Assembly: GCF_963506605.1 (NCBI RefSeq)
Contig: NC_083280.1
Location: forward strand, 41,602,001 to 41,666,000
Source: Zootoca vivipara
Lineage: Eukaryota
DNA: 64,000 nucleotides
Reading direction: 5' to 3'
Shown here: piece by piece, positions 37,011 to 48,619 of the stretch
Layout: the number at the start of each line of letters is the position of its first letter
How positions within the stretch are numbered: position 1 is the stretch's first letter
Program-made: the position numbers and the translations under genes
Notes under the pieces: model-generated
Told to the model about the DNA's origin: nothing
Database searches by the model: none
Seen by the model: only the letters and a program-made list of their open reading frames with translations

Positions 37011-38129
37011 GCTTTTACCCGGAGTTTTATTTCTCATATAACACACTTCGAATGTGACTTAAGTCAAATGAACACCTTTCCTCCTGCTCAGTTAGTGCTG
37101 GGCTCTTTACATGTTCTTCATAGGGCCCGTTGATGCCACAGCGAGTCTCGCAGCAAATCATACCTCTCTTCAGTACAATGGGAAATAATGAAACCCCAGA
37201 AGAATGACGAGTGTTAGTCATAGTGACATTTATTTTTGCAGACCAAACAAAACACAGCCCCCCCCCCCCCGTCCTTGTAAAGGGTGGAAGGAGACTTGTG
37301 TAATTTCGAGATGATCTGGAAAGGAAAGAGGAAAATGTTGCCAGGTACTTTGGCTCTGCTGTCTTTTTAAAAACAACAACAACAACATGTTTTAAGTAAG
37401 GGAATTATCTGGAAAGGAAACGAGGTGAACATTTGCAACTGGCTAATAAGTAGCATCATAATGTTGACTGACATACATTTCACTGGCGAGTTAAGCAGAA
37501 TTATTAGTTGATCGTATCTGTCCAAAGAGAACATTTTATGGAACGTTAAGATTTCCTGGTAGTATTTACATTCTCAGATTTCAGCCCTGGGGTGGTGGGG
37601 CACACAGGGAGCAGAATAAGGTGAAGTGAGGGAGATACATAGGTAACATTAGGTGAACACAAGGAAATACAGTTAGGCATATTGGGTCTTAAGGAAGTCA
37701 ATATCAGTGTCCTGTTTCTGCTATTTTACCTGATCTCAGGTTAATTATAAGAAAAAAATTATAACAGCATAAGTTACAATGCAGTCTCACCTACTCAGAA
37801 CTGTTGGCAGGAAAGGTCAAGCTGCCTGATACACTGTATTTACAAAGAGCTAAGGAGATAGTAAAAAGACTGAACTGCAAACCATGACCTAAAACCTTAC
37901 TTTAGCAAGTACTTACTTTTGGAATCACTTTGATGGCCTTAGGTGAACCATTCTTTTCTCATAAAGGTGCAAGAACAGCCCTGCTAGGTCAGGCCAGAGT
38001 CCCATCTAGTTCACTTCTCTGCTCTCACAGTGGTCTGCCATATGATTATGGGAAACCTACAAGCAAGACCTGAATGCTCTCTCCAGAGCCCTCTATCTGT
38101 AATATGAGAATAATCATACTTACCTATAT

Positions 38130-39200
38130 TACTGATCTATTTTATTATTTACTCTCTATCTCACACTTTCTCCAGGGCAGCAAATACATCACAACAAAAC
38201 AACTTTAAAAAAAACCCACAGATCATTCAACAGTGATCTCAGGGTTCTTGGGAACAGTGCTTTCAGCCATCAAATGACTGGGTAAACATGAATACTTTTT
38301 AAACTTCCTCCTAAAAGTCAGCAATGAGGGAGGGAGACACTCCTGCACAGAGGGGGCATTCCACAAACAAGGAACCACTTCTGAATTGACCCATCATGAG
38401 TCAATGCCAACCAGACAGCCTCCAGTGTTGGCACCTACCGTATATGCAAAGTGGTCCCCAGCAGCAACACCAGTTTCAAAGTGCAGTATACGAAAGGCAG
38501 ATACAGTCACAGTAAAACAAAAAAAGTTATTATTAACCTAAAATACTGTAAAAGAGCCGGGAATATTTAAAAAGCAGTCCTAGAATGAAAGTACATTTAA
38601 AGGTGGCCCTATACTAAGAAGGTCTGGAACTAGATAGTTTTCAAAGTCTGCCAAAAAATAGGAGATGAAGAGGACAAATGTACATGTGCCTCTCTTGGGA
38701 GGTCATCCTAAATTAGGGTGCCGTAGCAAAAGAGGGCATATTTCTCATCGCCACCTGCTGCACGTCTGTTGATGGGAGGACAGAAGGAACAGTCACAGAG
38801 ATATAATAAAGTTCTTGGAGAGGTTCACATGGGAGGAGATGATTCCCAAAAATACCCTAGGCCCCAGACACTTTGGGGATTTAATGAGAAAAACAAGTAC
38901 CGGTACCTTAAATTGAGGCTGGAGGCAAACTGGCAACCAGTAAAACTGGCAGGTGAACTGTATGCGCTCCAGTCTATTGACCCCAGGGGAAACTTGCAAC
39001 CATATTTTGCACCAATTGGAGTTTCCAAACTGTCTTCAAGGGTATCCCCAAGGAAAATGCATTACAGAAATCCCACTTGGAACTAACTAGCTCAGAAACA
39101 AACTTAACTAGGGCCAGACTCTGCTTCTCCAGAAGAAAGTACGACTGAAGAACTATCGGTAAATAAAAATATACTCCTATACACTACAGCTACCTGTATA
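38130..39200 (-). mobile_element. Degraded L2 LINE fragments (boundaries approximate)
   Basis: YWLPVCLQPQFKVPVL..KSPKCLGP resembles the L2 ORF2 C-terminus; reverse-oriented tails. Confidence 0.55.
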
Positions 39201-39210
39201 TATAAGAATA

Positions 39211-39429
39211 CAGTGGTACCTCTACTTATGAATTTAATGTGTTCCGAACACACATTCGTAAGTTGAAAAAAAATTGTAAGTCGAATCCCATTGGGAGAAA
39301 AAAATTGTAAATAGAAGCAACCCTATCTAAAAATTCGTAAGTAGAAAAAAATCCTATCTAAACCGCATCCAAGATGGCGGACGGAGCTCCATTAGTAAGT
39401 AGAAACATTCGTAAGTAGAGGTACCACTG
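39211..39429. mobile_element. Tc1/mariner-type MITE
   Basis: TA|cagtggtacctctactta...gtaagtagaggtaccactg|TA. Confidence 0.9.
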
Positions 39430-40199
39430 TACTCTAAACTGTGAACCTACTGCTTCAGGGGGAGTATGACCCCACACAAAACCATCTATACACTTCTTCC
39501 AGGTTGTTGTAAAGATTATTGATGTAGTAGATGTGAGGCACTTTGTTAATAGCTTAACTATTGAGTCTCTGAATCACATATTAAAGTTATTTAAGGTCTA
39601 GAATAACAATCAAATGGTTTTAAGATGACTTTTTATGTCTAGTATTAAATATGGGTGTAACTGGGCAAAAGCAATGAAATTGTAAGTGATATTTAAATAA
39701 AAGAGACAGCTTAAATGCTAGAAACTTATGTACGGTATATTTATCTAAGGTAGACAAGACTAAAGTGAGATAATAGCAAGAGTCATGCTTCTAGGAAACA
39801 CACCTGGTAAATTCAGTCCGTTGATTTGTGCGAGATAATGCATGCATGCATAACTAATATATTCATATTGTTTCCATTTCACATGGCCTGGTCACATTGA
39901 AATGATACTTTATGAGTTTTGAGCTGAGAAAAGAACTTTTATTTTAGATACATTCAGAAAGCGCAGGAATGAATGTGAAATAAGGCAGAGCAGAGGGAAG
40001 GAAACTTTCTATCTTTCCCCTTGTTCTTCTCCATTTCGTAATCTTCCAATAATGACGGACCTCTAGTCATTGATGCAGTAATAATCTCACTTAACCTGGG
40101 AAATTTAAATTGCCTGATTTCTTGATTGCTGTGGTCTTTCACCTTTATTTTCCCTTAGGTCATGGCATTTTAAATTAAGGATTCATTTGCACAGTTGAT

Positions 40200-40640
40200 C
40201 TCATGACAAATGCTTTTGCCCAGTTTCAGTTGGTGCACCAGTTGCGCTCATTCTTGGCACAGCCAGACCTGGCCTTGGTCCCGTGTGCACTAGTTACATC
40301 TCGACTGAAGTACTATAACATGCTCTGTGTGGAGCTGCCCTTGAAAACTACTCAGAAACTTAAATTGGTGCAGAATGCTGCTACTTAAAATCTTGACAGG
40401 GGCAAGGTGAGCAGAATCATGTAAACCTTTCATTATATCAGGTGCACTAGCTTCAACCTCAGTTCCAAATGCAACTCAAGGTGTTGCTTGAAACCTATTA
40501 AGGCCCTAAATAGCTTAAGACCAAGCTACTTGAATGACTTTCTCCTCTTACATGAATTTCCCCATTAGTTATGTTTGGCTGTTATGTCCCACTTGCACAT
40601 GCTATTGCCTATTTCTGTGGTGGCATCTTGTATGTGGAAC
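40200..40640 (+). mobile_element. Degraded L2 LINE ORF2 fragment
   Basis: ALVTSRLKYYNML.VELPLKTTQKLKLVQNAA is the decayed L2 ALVTSRLDYCN...LQLVQNAAAR motif. Confidence 0.75.
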
Positions 40641-41845
40641 TCCATGCCCCATGATTTAGGTTATCTCTTTATTTATGTTCCACAGGCAACTGAAAAATTA
40701 GGGTGGTATCCAACTAACTTATGCTTGTGCAACAGAACTCCTGATGTTTGCTCCACTCTCTTCCTAAATTTGCTCCGGGGGTAGAAGAAAACCCAGAACA
40801 GATTTGGGGAGAGGGATTTGGTTTTACAAGTGTAAATTTTAGAAGCAGTTAGTTGGATATCATCCTTTATTTTTTTAAGCAAAGTTTTGACTGTAGACAA
40901 GTAAAAGCCAAGACAAGGAAGGTAGGAGCTAAAAATAAGGCTGCCCAAGAGAGATGCAGGTGTTTTCAGGGACCAAAAGGGTTAATACAAATACAGCCAG
41001 ATCCTCCCTTTTGTCGTATACACCTGTTACCTCATCCTCCCAACTAGAGTTATGATCAAGTCTACTTGCAGCCAAGCAAACACTCCTCCACTGATTCTGT
41101 ATCTTACACTGGGTCTGTGTTCATCTTAGTTCTTGGTGGATGAAGGGGAAGAGACTGGATCCATGGTATGATGTAGGAGGTTATCTAAAGCCCCAGGTGA
41201 AGTATTCAAGTAACTTGGCTGGTCAAGCTGCTTAATGGGTTTTTCAGGTGTGCTGGGGTTTTCTCTGGGGCCTCAAGCATCTTTATTGCATTATGTTCTC
41301 CCAGGATATTGAATATTCAGCCATAGGGGCCCCAGATTCTAAGCTTACATTTTAAAAGCAGTCTCTGGCCCTCCTAGAAAGAAAGCTCTGAAACAAAATG
41401 TGCAGATGCTCTTCAAAGAGATTCCTAACCTCCCTTGGTGGGCTAAGAGTGCTCTTTCCCTTGACTATGCTTTGATGGTTGTGGGAATGAGGTTGCAGTC
41501 AGCAAGCGTAGTGGTTGGTGAAGCTTTAGCCCCTTTCTCCTTCAAGGTCCTTCATGGTATAGGACTGAAAAGTTCAGTATGAAACATGAGCACGGCTGGT
41601 ATCTGGGTGGCACTTCACTCATAAGGGCATGCAAATGTCCATGCAGCGTGTGTGACTCAGTGATGTTATATGCACGACCATCTTGGAGCCGGATGTTTAG
41701 AGAACCAAACCTAGTTACTATCATAATGTAATTGATGGCATTTGCAATTTGAACTAATGCTTTGGAATTATTTTTTCTCTTTAGCACCCAAAAGACGACA
41801 CTCATCAGTATTTTCTCCATGGTATTATAAAGAGTTGATATAACA

Positions 41846-42768
41846 ATGGTACTAATAATGTTGGGACGCAGATTGAACAGAGGGGAGAGCCGAGCTCAGG
41901 AATCCCCGGTCACGAAGCGTAAAGTTTTTGAAATGGACCCAAAGTCTTTATCGGGCCACGAGTTCTTTGATTTCTCTTCTGGCTCATCCCATGCTGAAAG
42001 CATACTGCAAATTTTCAATGAATTTCGTGACAGCCGCTTGTTCACAGATGTAATAATCTGTGTTGAAGGCAGGGAATTTCCTTGTCATCGAGCTGTTCTT
42101 TCAGCATGCAGCAGCTACTTCCGAGCTATGTTTTGCAACGATCACCGAGAAAGCAGGGAGATGTTGGTAGAAATCAATGGAATTTTTGCAGAAGCCATGG
42201 ATTGTTTTTTACAATATGTATATACAGGCAAGGTTAAAATCACAACAGATAATGTGCAATACCTCTTTGAAACATCAAGTCTCTTCCAGATAAGTGTTCT
42301 GCGTGATGCTTGCGCTAAGTTCCTGGAAGAGCAACTGGATCCTTGCAACTGCCTAGGAATCCAGCGTTTTGCCGATACACATTCACTGAAAACACTCTTT
42401 ACCAAATGCAGAAATTTTGCACTGCAGAATTTTGAGGATGTGGCCCAGCATGAAGAATTTCTTGAACTTGGAAAAGATGAACTCATTGATTATATTTGCA
42501 GCGATGAACTGGTAATTGGTAAAGAAGAAATGGTTTTTGAAGCCGTTATGCGCTGGGTTTATCGGGCTGTTGAACTCAGACGCTCAGTGCTACAGGAAAT
42601 TCTCACACATGTAAGATTGCCCTTGTTACACCCCAACTACTTTGTTCAGACAGTGGAAGTCGACCAGTTGATCCAAAACTCCCCTGACTGCTATCAGCTG
42701 CTGCATGAAGCAAGACGATACCACGTACTTGGAAACGAAATGATGTCCCCAAGAACTAGGCCACGGAG
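41846..42768 (+). CDS. KLHL24: Kelch-like 24, first coding exon (BTB and BACK domains)
   Basis: MVLIMLGRRLNR...EMDPKSLSGHEFFDFSSGSSHAE...MMSPRTRPRR; probable acceptor tctttag|C at 41785; donor AG|gtgaga; 923 nt. Confidence 0.98.
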
Positions 42769-43147
42769 GTGAGAGGGCTGGGTTGATTTTTGTTGTTGTT
42801 ACATTCCTGAATAAATTCTTCATTATACTGATAGCTTTTATTTGAAACATTCAGTCTATTAAAAAACATTTAACCAATTGACCAGATAACATACTGTATT
42901 TTGTATTACCTCAGTAAAGATGTGATTTGCTTTTTATCTTTAGGCTTCTTTGTGTTGAAAAATTAAGGAACAACATGAGACAGAATGTGCGGGAGGGAGT
43001 ACATCACTACCACACAAGAAATGTTAAACACATTTGAGTGCTTTATATTTCAGTTACTTCAGTTGTTATGTCTTGAAAGTTTCTGAAGGCTAGTTGTTTT
43101 TTTTACTGAAACAGAGAAACATGACACCCCCCTGAAAATGTGACTTA

Positions 43148-43882
43148 CAGGGCAATCCTAACCATGTTGGGATTTGGGGAGGGCTCAATGGTAGAACATC
43201 TGCTTTGTATTTAGAAGGTCCTGGGTCCAGTCGCCAGGTAGGGCTGGAAGAGACCCCTGCTCTAAACACCGGAGTGCTGCTGCCATTCAGTACAGATAGT
43301 GCAGTACAGTCCTGCACACAAACCTCGGTTTGCGACCGCTTTGGTTTCCGACCACCGTGGACCCAGAAGTGTTTACATCCGGGTTCCGCAGCGCTCGGAT
43401 GCGCAGAAGTGATCTGCGCAGCGCGCGCACACGCAGAAACGCTCTATCAGCGCTTCGTGCACGCGCAGAAGCGTGCCTTCAGCAAGCGACCGATTCGGGG
43501 CACGCCCGGCTCCGCGGAACTGATTGCGGTCGCAAACCGAGGTACCACTGTACAGTGAAACCTTGGTTCTCGAACTTAATCAGTTCCATAAGTCCATTCA
43601 ACTCCTCAAAACCAAGGTGCTGTTTCCAATTGGCTGCAGGAGCTTCCTGCACTCAAGCAGAAGCCACATCAGACGTTCGGCTTCCAAAAAATGTTCGAAC
43701 GCCGGGACACATTTTCGGCATTTGGGAGCCGATTTGTTCGTCAACTAAGCCATTTGACAACCAAGGTTCCACTGTACTAAATTAGATAGACTGGTCTCAG
43801 TCAGTGCAAGGCAGCTTCTTATGCCTACTCAGAATTAAGTCCAGTGGGGCTTCTCTGCAAGTAATTGGCTTCGAATTGCAGC
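43148..43882. mobile_element. Nested TE cluster: short gcaatcct-type repeat containing a Squam3-like SINE containing two adjacent Tc1/mariner MITEs
   Basis: SINE halves at about 43176-43305 and 43777-43823. MITEs at about 43307-43550 and 43553-43774 share a TA. Outer repeat halves at 43148-43168 and 43824-43882. Confidence 0.75.
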
Positions 43883-44207
43883 TTTTTAAGCATGTCTGAA
43901 TTTCTATAGTACGTGCCTATAGACTAGGGATAACTTTTCCTGCTTCATGTGAACTCTGGTCCATTAAAGCCTAGTACCAGTGGATTGGTTAGTCTTTAAG
44001 GTGCCACAACTTTGTTTTAGTAAACTTGTGGATTTATTTATTTTGGAAATTAAAAATATATATTTATGTTCTAAGAATACAAAAAAGTATTTACTACTTT
44101 GAATAAATTAAGGACAGATAAATTGACTTTTGTTTTTCATGTTTTCTTCAGATTCTGGTTTATTTATTAGGTTTTTCAATAAACTACTTTGGTTTTTTTG
44201 TTTCTAG

Positions 44208-44392
44208 GTCAACTGGCTATTCTGAAGTGATAGTTGTTGTTGGGGGCTGTGAAAGAGTTGGGGGATTTAATTTGCCCTATACAGAATGTTACGACCCCAT
44301 GACAGGAGAGTGGAAATCACTGGCTAAATTACCAGAATTTACAAAGTCTGAGTATGCAGTTTGTGCTTTGAGGAATGACATCCTCGTTTCAG
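44208..44392 (+). CDS. KLHL24: Kelch-like 24, coding exon 2
   Basis: ttctag|G TCA...TCA G|gtaaac; STGYSEVIVVVGGCERVGG...NDILVS; 185 nt. Confidence 0.97.
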
Positions 44393-44881
44393 GTAAACAA
44401 TTTATATTACACAAACAAGCACTGTAGTGAGAATACTATTATCATCAGTTTATGGAAGTATTGTGGGAAATGGAGAGGTGGACTTAGTGCTACTTTTGCA
44501 CATTGTCAGAAGCACTGAAAAGTGAATGCACAAATTACTTAGGCACCCACTTTTGGATAGCATTCGAAGAGGTGACTTACATCACCACAGCTAAGTTATA
44601 TGTGAAATGCACTTTACCACTAAGCACAAGTTTTCCCCAGCTAGGTAAACAGCATCCAAAGTGTAAACTACTCCAGAAAAAAGTACATTGGTGGAAAGAG
44701 GTATTGCTTTAATTGCTCAGTAGAAAAGAATTCTAGGAAGTGTTTTCATATATTGTTGTGAACTTTATTTTCAGAAATATACTTTTATCATGATATGGCA
44801 TTGTCCACAACTGGGCACAATGGAGCCAACCCTTTGTTTAATAACAGCCAAATTCCTGTCTTTTCTTTTCTTTCAAATGAG

Positions 44882-45000
44882 GTGGAAGAATCAACAGCCG
44901 TGATGTGTGGATTTATAATTCTCAGCTTAACATTTGGATCAGAGTTGCCTCTCTAAATAAAGGGAGGTGGCGTCATAAGATGGCTGTTCTTCTTGGTAAA
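44882..45000 (+). CDS. KLHL24: Kelch-like 24, coding exon 3 (absent from ORF track)
   Basis: aaatgag|GT GGA AGA...GGT AAA|gtaaga; [39 protein letters not shown]; 119 nt. Confidence 0.95.
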
Positions 45001-45528
45001 GTAAGAGATATTTGTTATTTTCTAATAACATGGTTGAAATGAACATCACATATCTAGAAATCAGACTGCATTCTCTCAATTAATTGCACCACTTTTAAAA
45101 TTGAAGTGGATGTCAACTCAGTTCTGATTTTTAGTCTGTGCTATATAGAACTACACATTTTGCCAGTAAAAAAATAATAAAAGAAAATGGCCAAGGAAAA
45201 TAGTTTATTTAGGAAGCCTCAGTTTTAAGCATGCACAATATGTGAGATTGTATATTATATTTACAGTGCACACAGTGTGGAAATTAAGGAAGGAGTCTTA
45301 ATTTCCAATATCCATGCTTTTTGGTGTGTGTGAATTTGTAACTGCATTAACTTCCTTTTCTTAAACTGCAGGGGGGGAGGGATTGGTCCTAAAATACATA
45401 AATACATTTTCACAACTCAACAGGTCACAAATGAAAACATTGAGGCTTTGTGTAATGCCACATTTTGGTTTGCTAAAGTAGCCAGGCAATAAGCATATTC
45501 TGGCAACATTCTCTTTTTACTTTTAAAG

Positions 45529-45717
45529 GTATATGTGGTTGGAGGATACGACGGACAAAGCCGACTGAGCAGCGTAGAATGTTATGACTCATTTTCCAAT
45601 CGATGGACAGAGGTAGCATCTCTTAAAGAAGCAGTGAGTTCTCCAGCAGTTACCAGCTGCGTGGGCAAACTGTTTGTGATAGGTGGAGGTCCTGATGACA
45701 ACACATGCTCTGATAAG
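45529..45717 (+). CDS. KLHL24: Kelch-like 24, coding exon 4
   Basis: taaag|GTA...AAG|gttggg; VYVVGGYDGQSRLSSVECYD...TCSDK; 189 nt. Confidence 0.97.
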
Positions 45718-45856
45718 GTTGGGTAATTGTATTCACTTTCTTTTCTCTATTTTAGTAACATTCAAAATGAATAATATATAAAAATTACTAGTAATTAAAA
45801 ACCAGCGAGAACCTACCATAACATGTTGCAAGATATTCCCAACTCCTGTTCTAGGC

Positions 45857-48619
45857 CAGGGGTTCCCAACAAAATTTTCTCGAGGACCCCTCATCGAGCC
45901 GCTATTGTGACAAGGACCCCCATTAATTCCTAATCCTAAAATTAAAAAGTGAGAGCCAAATTAAGTCTTTTTAGTTACAACAGAGTACTCCAGTTAGTTT
46001 AAATTTTCAGTTCTTAATGAGATGAGTTAAATCTGTCCTTTGAGTCCATTATTTCTGAAATATTAGGTTCCAAACTTGAAACTTTCACTCTGAAATCCGA
46101 CTGCATGTCGAGCCGATTCCTATATTTGTTTTTCATGAAACACATGGAAGAAAATGCTTGCTCACACCGATATGTGGTTGCAAATGGAAGGATCTTTTTT
46201 CTCCAAGTTTCTTGTACTCCTTGCGTGCTGATGCCCAGAAGTCTGTAATTTTATCACTGATGAAAATGTTTTTCATCGTACCACAGCTGGACAGATCCAC
46301 AAGTTGATCTTGCTCTTCTTTTTTTGTGTATTTCTTCACAGCTGAAGGGATTTCGAATCCATCTGTCGTCAGGGTCAGGTTCAGGGAAATACTCTCTAAA
46401 AGTGGTGGCTAGGCTGCGTAGATGCTCGGCTACATTGATCTTGATCTGGTCAGGCAAACTCTCCTCTGATGGCTCCAAGAATTGTTTTAAAGTAGAAAAG
46501 TTAGTTAGTTACTTGTTTTCTATCCTTGACGCCCAGATCTGACACTTTTTGACCATAGCACTAATCTTATCCTCAACTTTGAACATGTTTACATTTTTTC
46601 CTTGTAAACTCAAGTTTAACACATTCAAGTGTTCAAACACATCAGCTAAGTACGCAACTGAGCAAAGCCAAGAGAAGTTAGTGAGAAAATCCGCGTACTT
46701 TGTGTCAAGAAGGAAGAGACGAACCTCGTCTCTAAGTTCAAAAAATCTTGACAAGATCCTACCTCGAGAAAGCCATCTTACTTCCGTATGAATAAGAAGT
46801 TGCTCATGCTCACTGCCGATCTGTTTACACAACAAAGAAAATAATCTGGATTGCAGAGGTCGAGTTTTAATGTAGTTGATGATTTGAACTACTTCTTTAA
46901 GTATCTTTTGCAAGTCTACACAAATCCAGAGTGGACTCCCTGAGTGTCTTGCACACTTCCTTCTGGCAACTCCTGCAGCCCAACTGGTGCCAAATGTATT
47001 GCTCGGCTTTCCTTTGGACCACATCAGCGAGGCTGAAAAGGGGGTGTCTTATAATTTTGCAGCCCAGGACCTCCATATACACAAAGTGACCCCCAGGGAG
47101 GTCACTTTGGTGCAGAGGCACACTCCATTGCCTCTTGATACAAATGGATGCCAACCACAACAATTAATTATAATATTGCATTTTATTGTATTACACTTTG
47201 AATACTATGGAAGTAAAAGAAGCAAAGAAAAATACAATTAAGGAATTATACAGCATATCACAATTTCTACAACTGCAATAAAATTTACTAAGTGTTCCCC
47301 CAAGACCGTCAGCAATATTAAGGTGGTCCGTTGGCACATCGCCCCAAGGAATCCTGGGAATTGTAATTTGTTAAGGATGCTGGGAAATTGTAGCTCTGCT
47401 ATGGGTAAACTAGAGCTCCCATAATTTTTTGGGGGGTGGGGGTTCGTGTTTTGAATCTGCTGTAAAGGTATGTATCATGTTTCACAATGGGCAAAATGCT
47501 TGTTTTTTGGGGGGAGTAATATCCATTTCCATTTGGTTTTTTTAAAAATGTTTTTAATACTGAAATATTGCACACAGTGATATTTCTGTAACAAAGGCTG
47601 CCAAGACCTCTTTATATATAAAAAAGAATTGTGGCCCGTATTAGTTAGTACAGTATGATGGGCGTTCCTTTTCCAATTGGATATTTTACATCAGGCTCCA
47701 TGTCTTGGGCCTGACCTGATCCCACCCAGATCAAAGCTCCATCCCATTGACCCACACAGCCTGTTTGCTGTCACTTTCCTCGCTGGGCAACATTTGCTGG
47801 AACTGGGGGAGCTGGAGGCACGAGGGAAGTGGCTGGAGGAGGAGGGGGAGGTCCTGATTGTTCCTGCGTCTTTGTGTGTGTGTGGAGAGAGAGAGAGATG
47901 TGTCGTCGGCTTCTCTTCTCCTTTGGAGAGGCTCCTGAGTCGCAGGTGCGACGTGAGCTGCAGACAATGGGCGCTTTGAGAAAGGAGGCCGCGCTATGGG
48001 GGCGGGGAAGCGGCGTGCGCTTTGGGTCTGGCGATCTCCAAAAGCTACTGCGCAGGGCCGAGTCAGAAAAAAACTTTATAAAAAACCTTTGCATCCATTT
48101 AAACACCACCGCATTCCGTTGATTCAAGCTACAGGACCGTGACAGAACTATAACAGTGACAGAACGCTAACAGAACTCTTCCAACAGAGCAAAGCCTCTT
48201 CTCCCTCCTCCCTATGTCCCAGTGAGGGAGAGGGTGGCAGCGGCAGCGCGTTCGGGGGCCCTCCGATGTGGGCTTCAGCGCGCTCGGAGGCTCGGGGGCT
48301 CTCTTTCTCCACCGGAGCGCCGGCGCTCCGCAATGTAGCCTGCCCCAAGCCCCAAGGCCACGGCCGGGCGTCCTCGGCGCCGATCCGGTGCGGTCGCTGG
48401 GGGGGGGGGTTCGGCTAACAACGCAGCAGCGGCTGCGGTTTGGGTTGCTTTTTACCGTTTGGGGGCTGATTTGGCGGCGCTGGCACGTTGGTTGAGTTTA
48501 GGAGCTCCACGCCAACGTGCCCGCCGCCATCTTGCCTCGCCGGAAGACCCCGTTGCGGACCCCTCCGGCATAGCTCGCGGACCCCTGGGGGTCCGCGGAC
48601 CACCAGTTGGGAACCTAGG
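45857..48619 (-). mobile_element. hAT DNA transposon of the Buster/Charlie group (2763 bp), defective; transposase C-terminal remnant at about 46000-46915
   Basis: TIRs caggggttcccaac / gttgggaacctagg (3 mismatches); perfect TSD ttctaggc (NNNTANNN pattern). Motifs HTEVRWLSRG, AYLADVFEHLNVLNLSLQG and WIRNPF are interrupted by a stop and frameshifts. Confidence 0.92.

Noticed and set aside
41629-41659. Octamer (ATGCAAAT) plus AP-1 (TGACTCA) pair as an enhancer
   Set aside because: Short motifs occur often by chance and there is no independent support.
46133-47024. Domesticated ZBED5/ZBED8/SCAND3-like host gene
   Set aside because: Has a stop and frameshifts, lacks the N-terminus, and is bounded by TIRs and a TSD, so it is a defective transposon.
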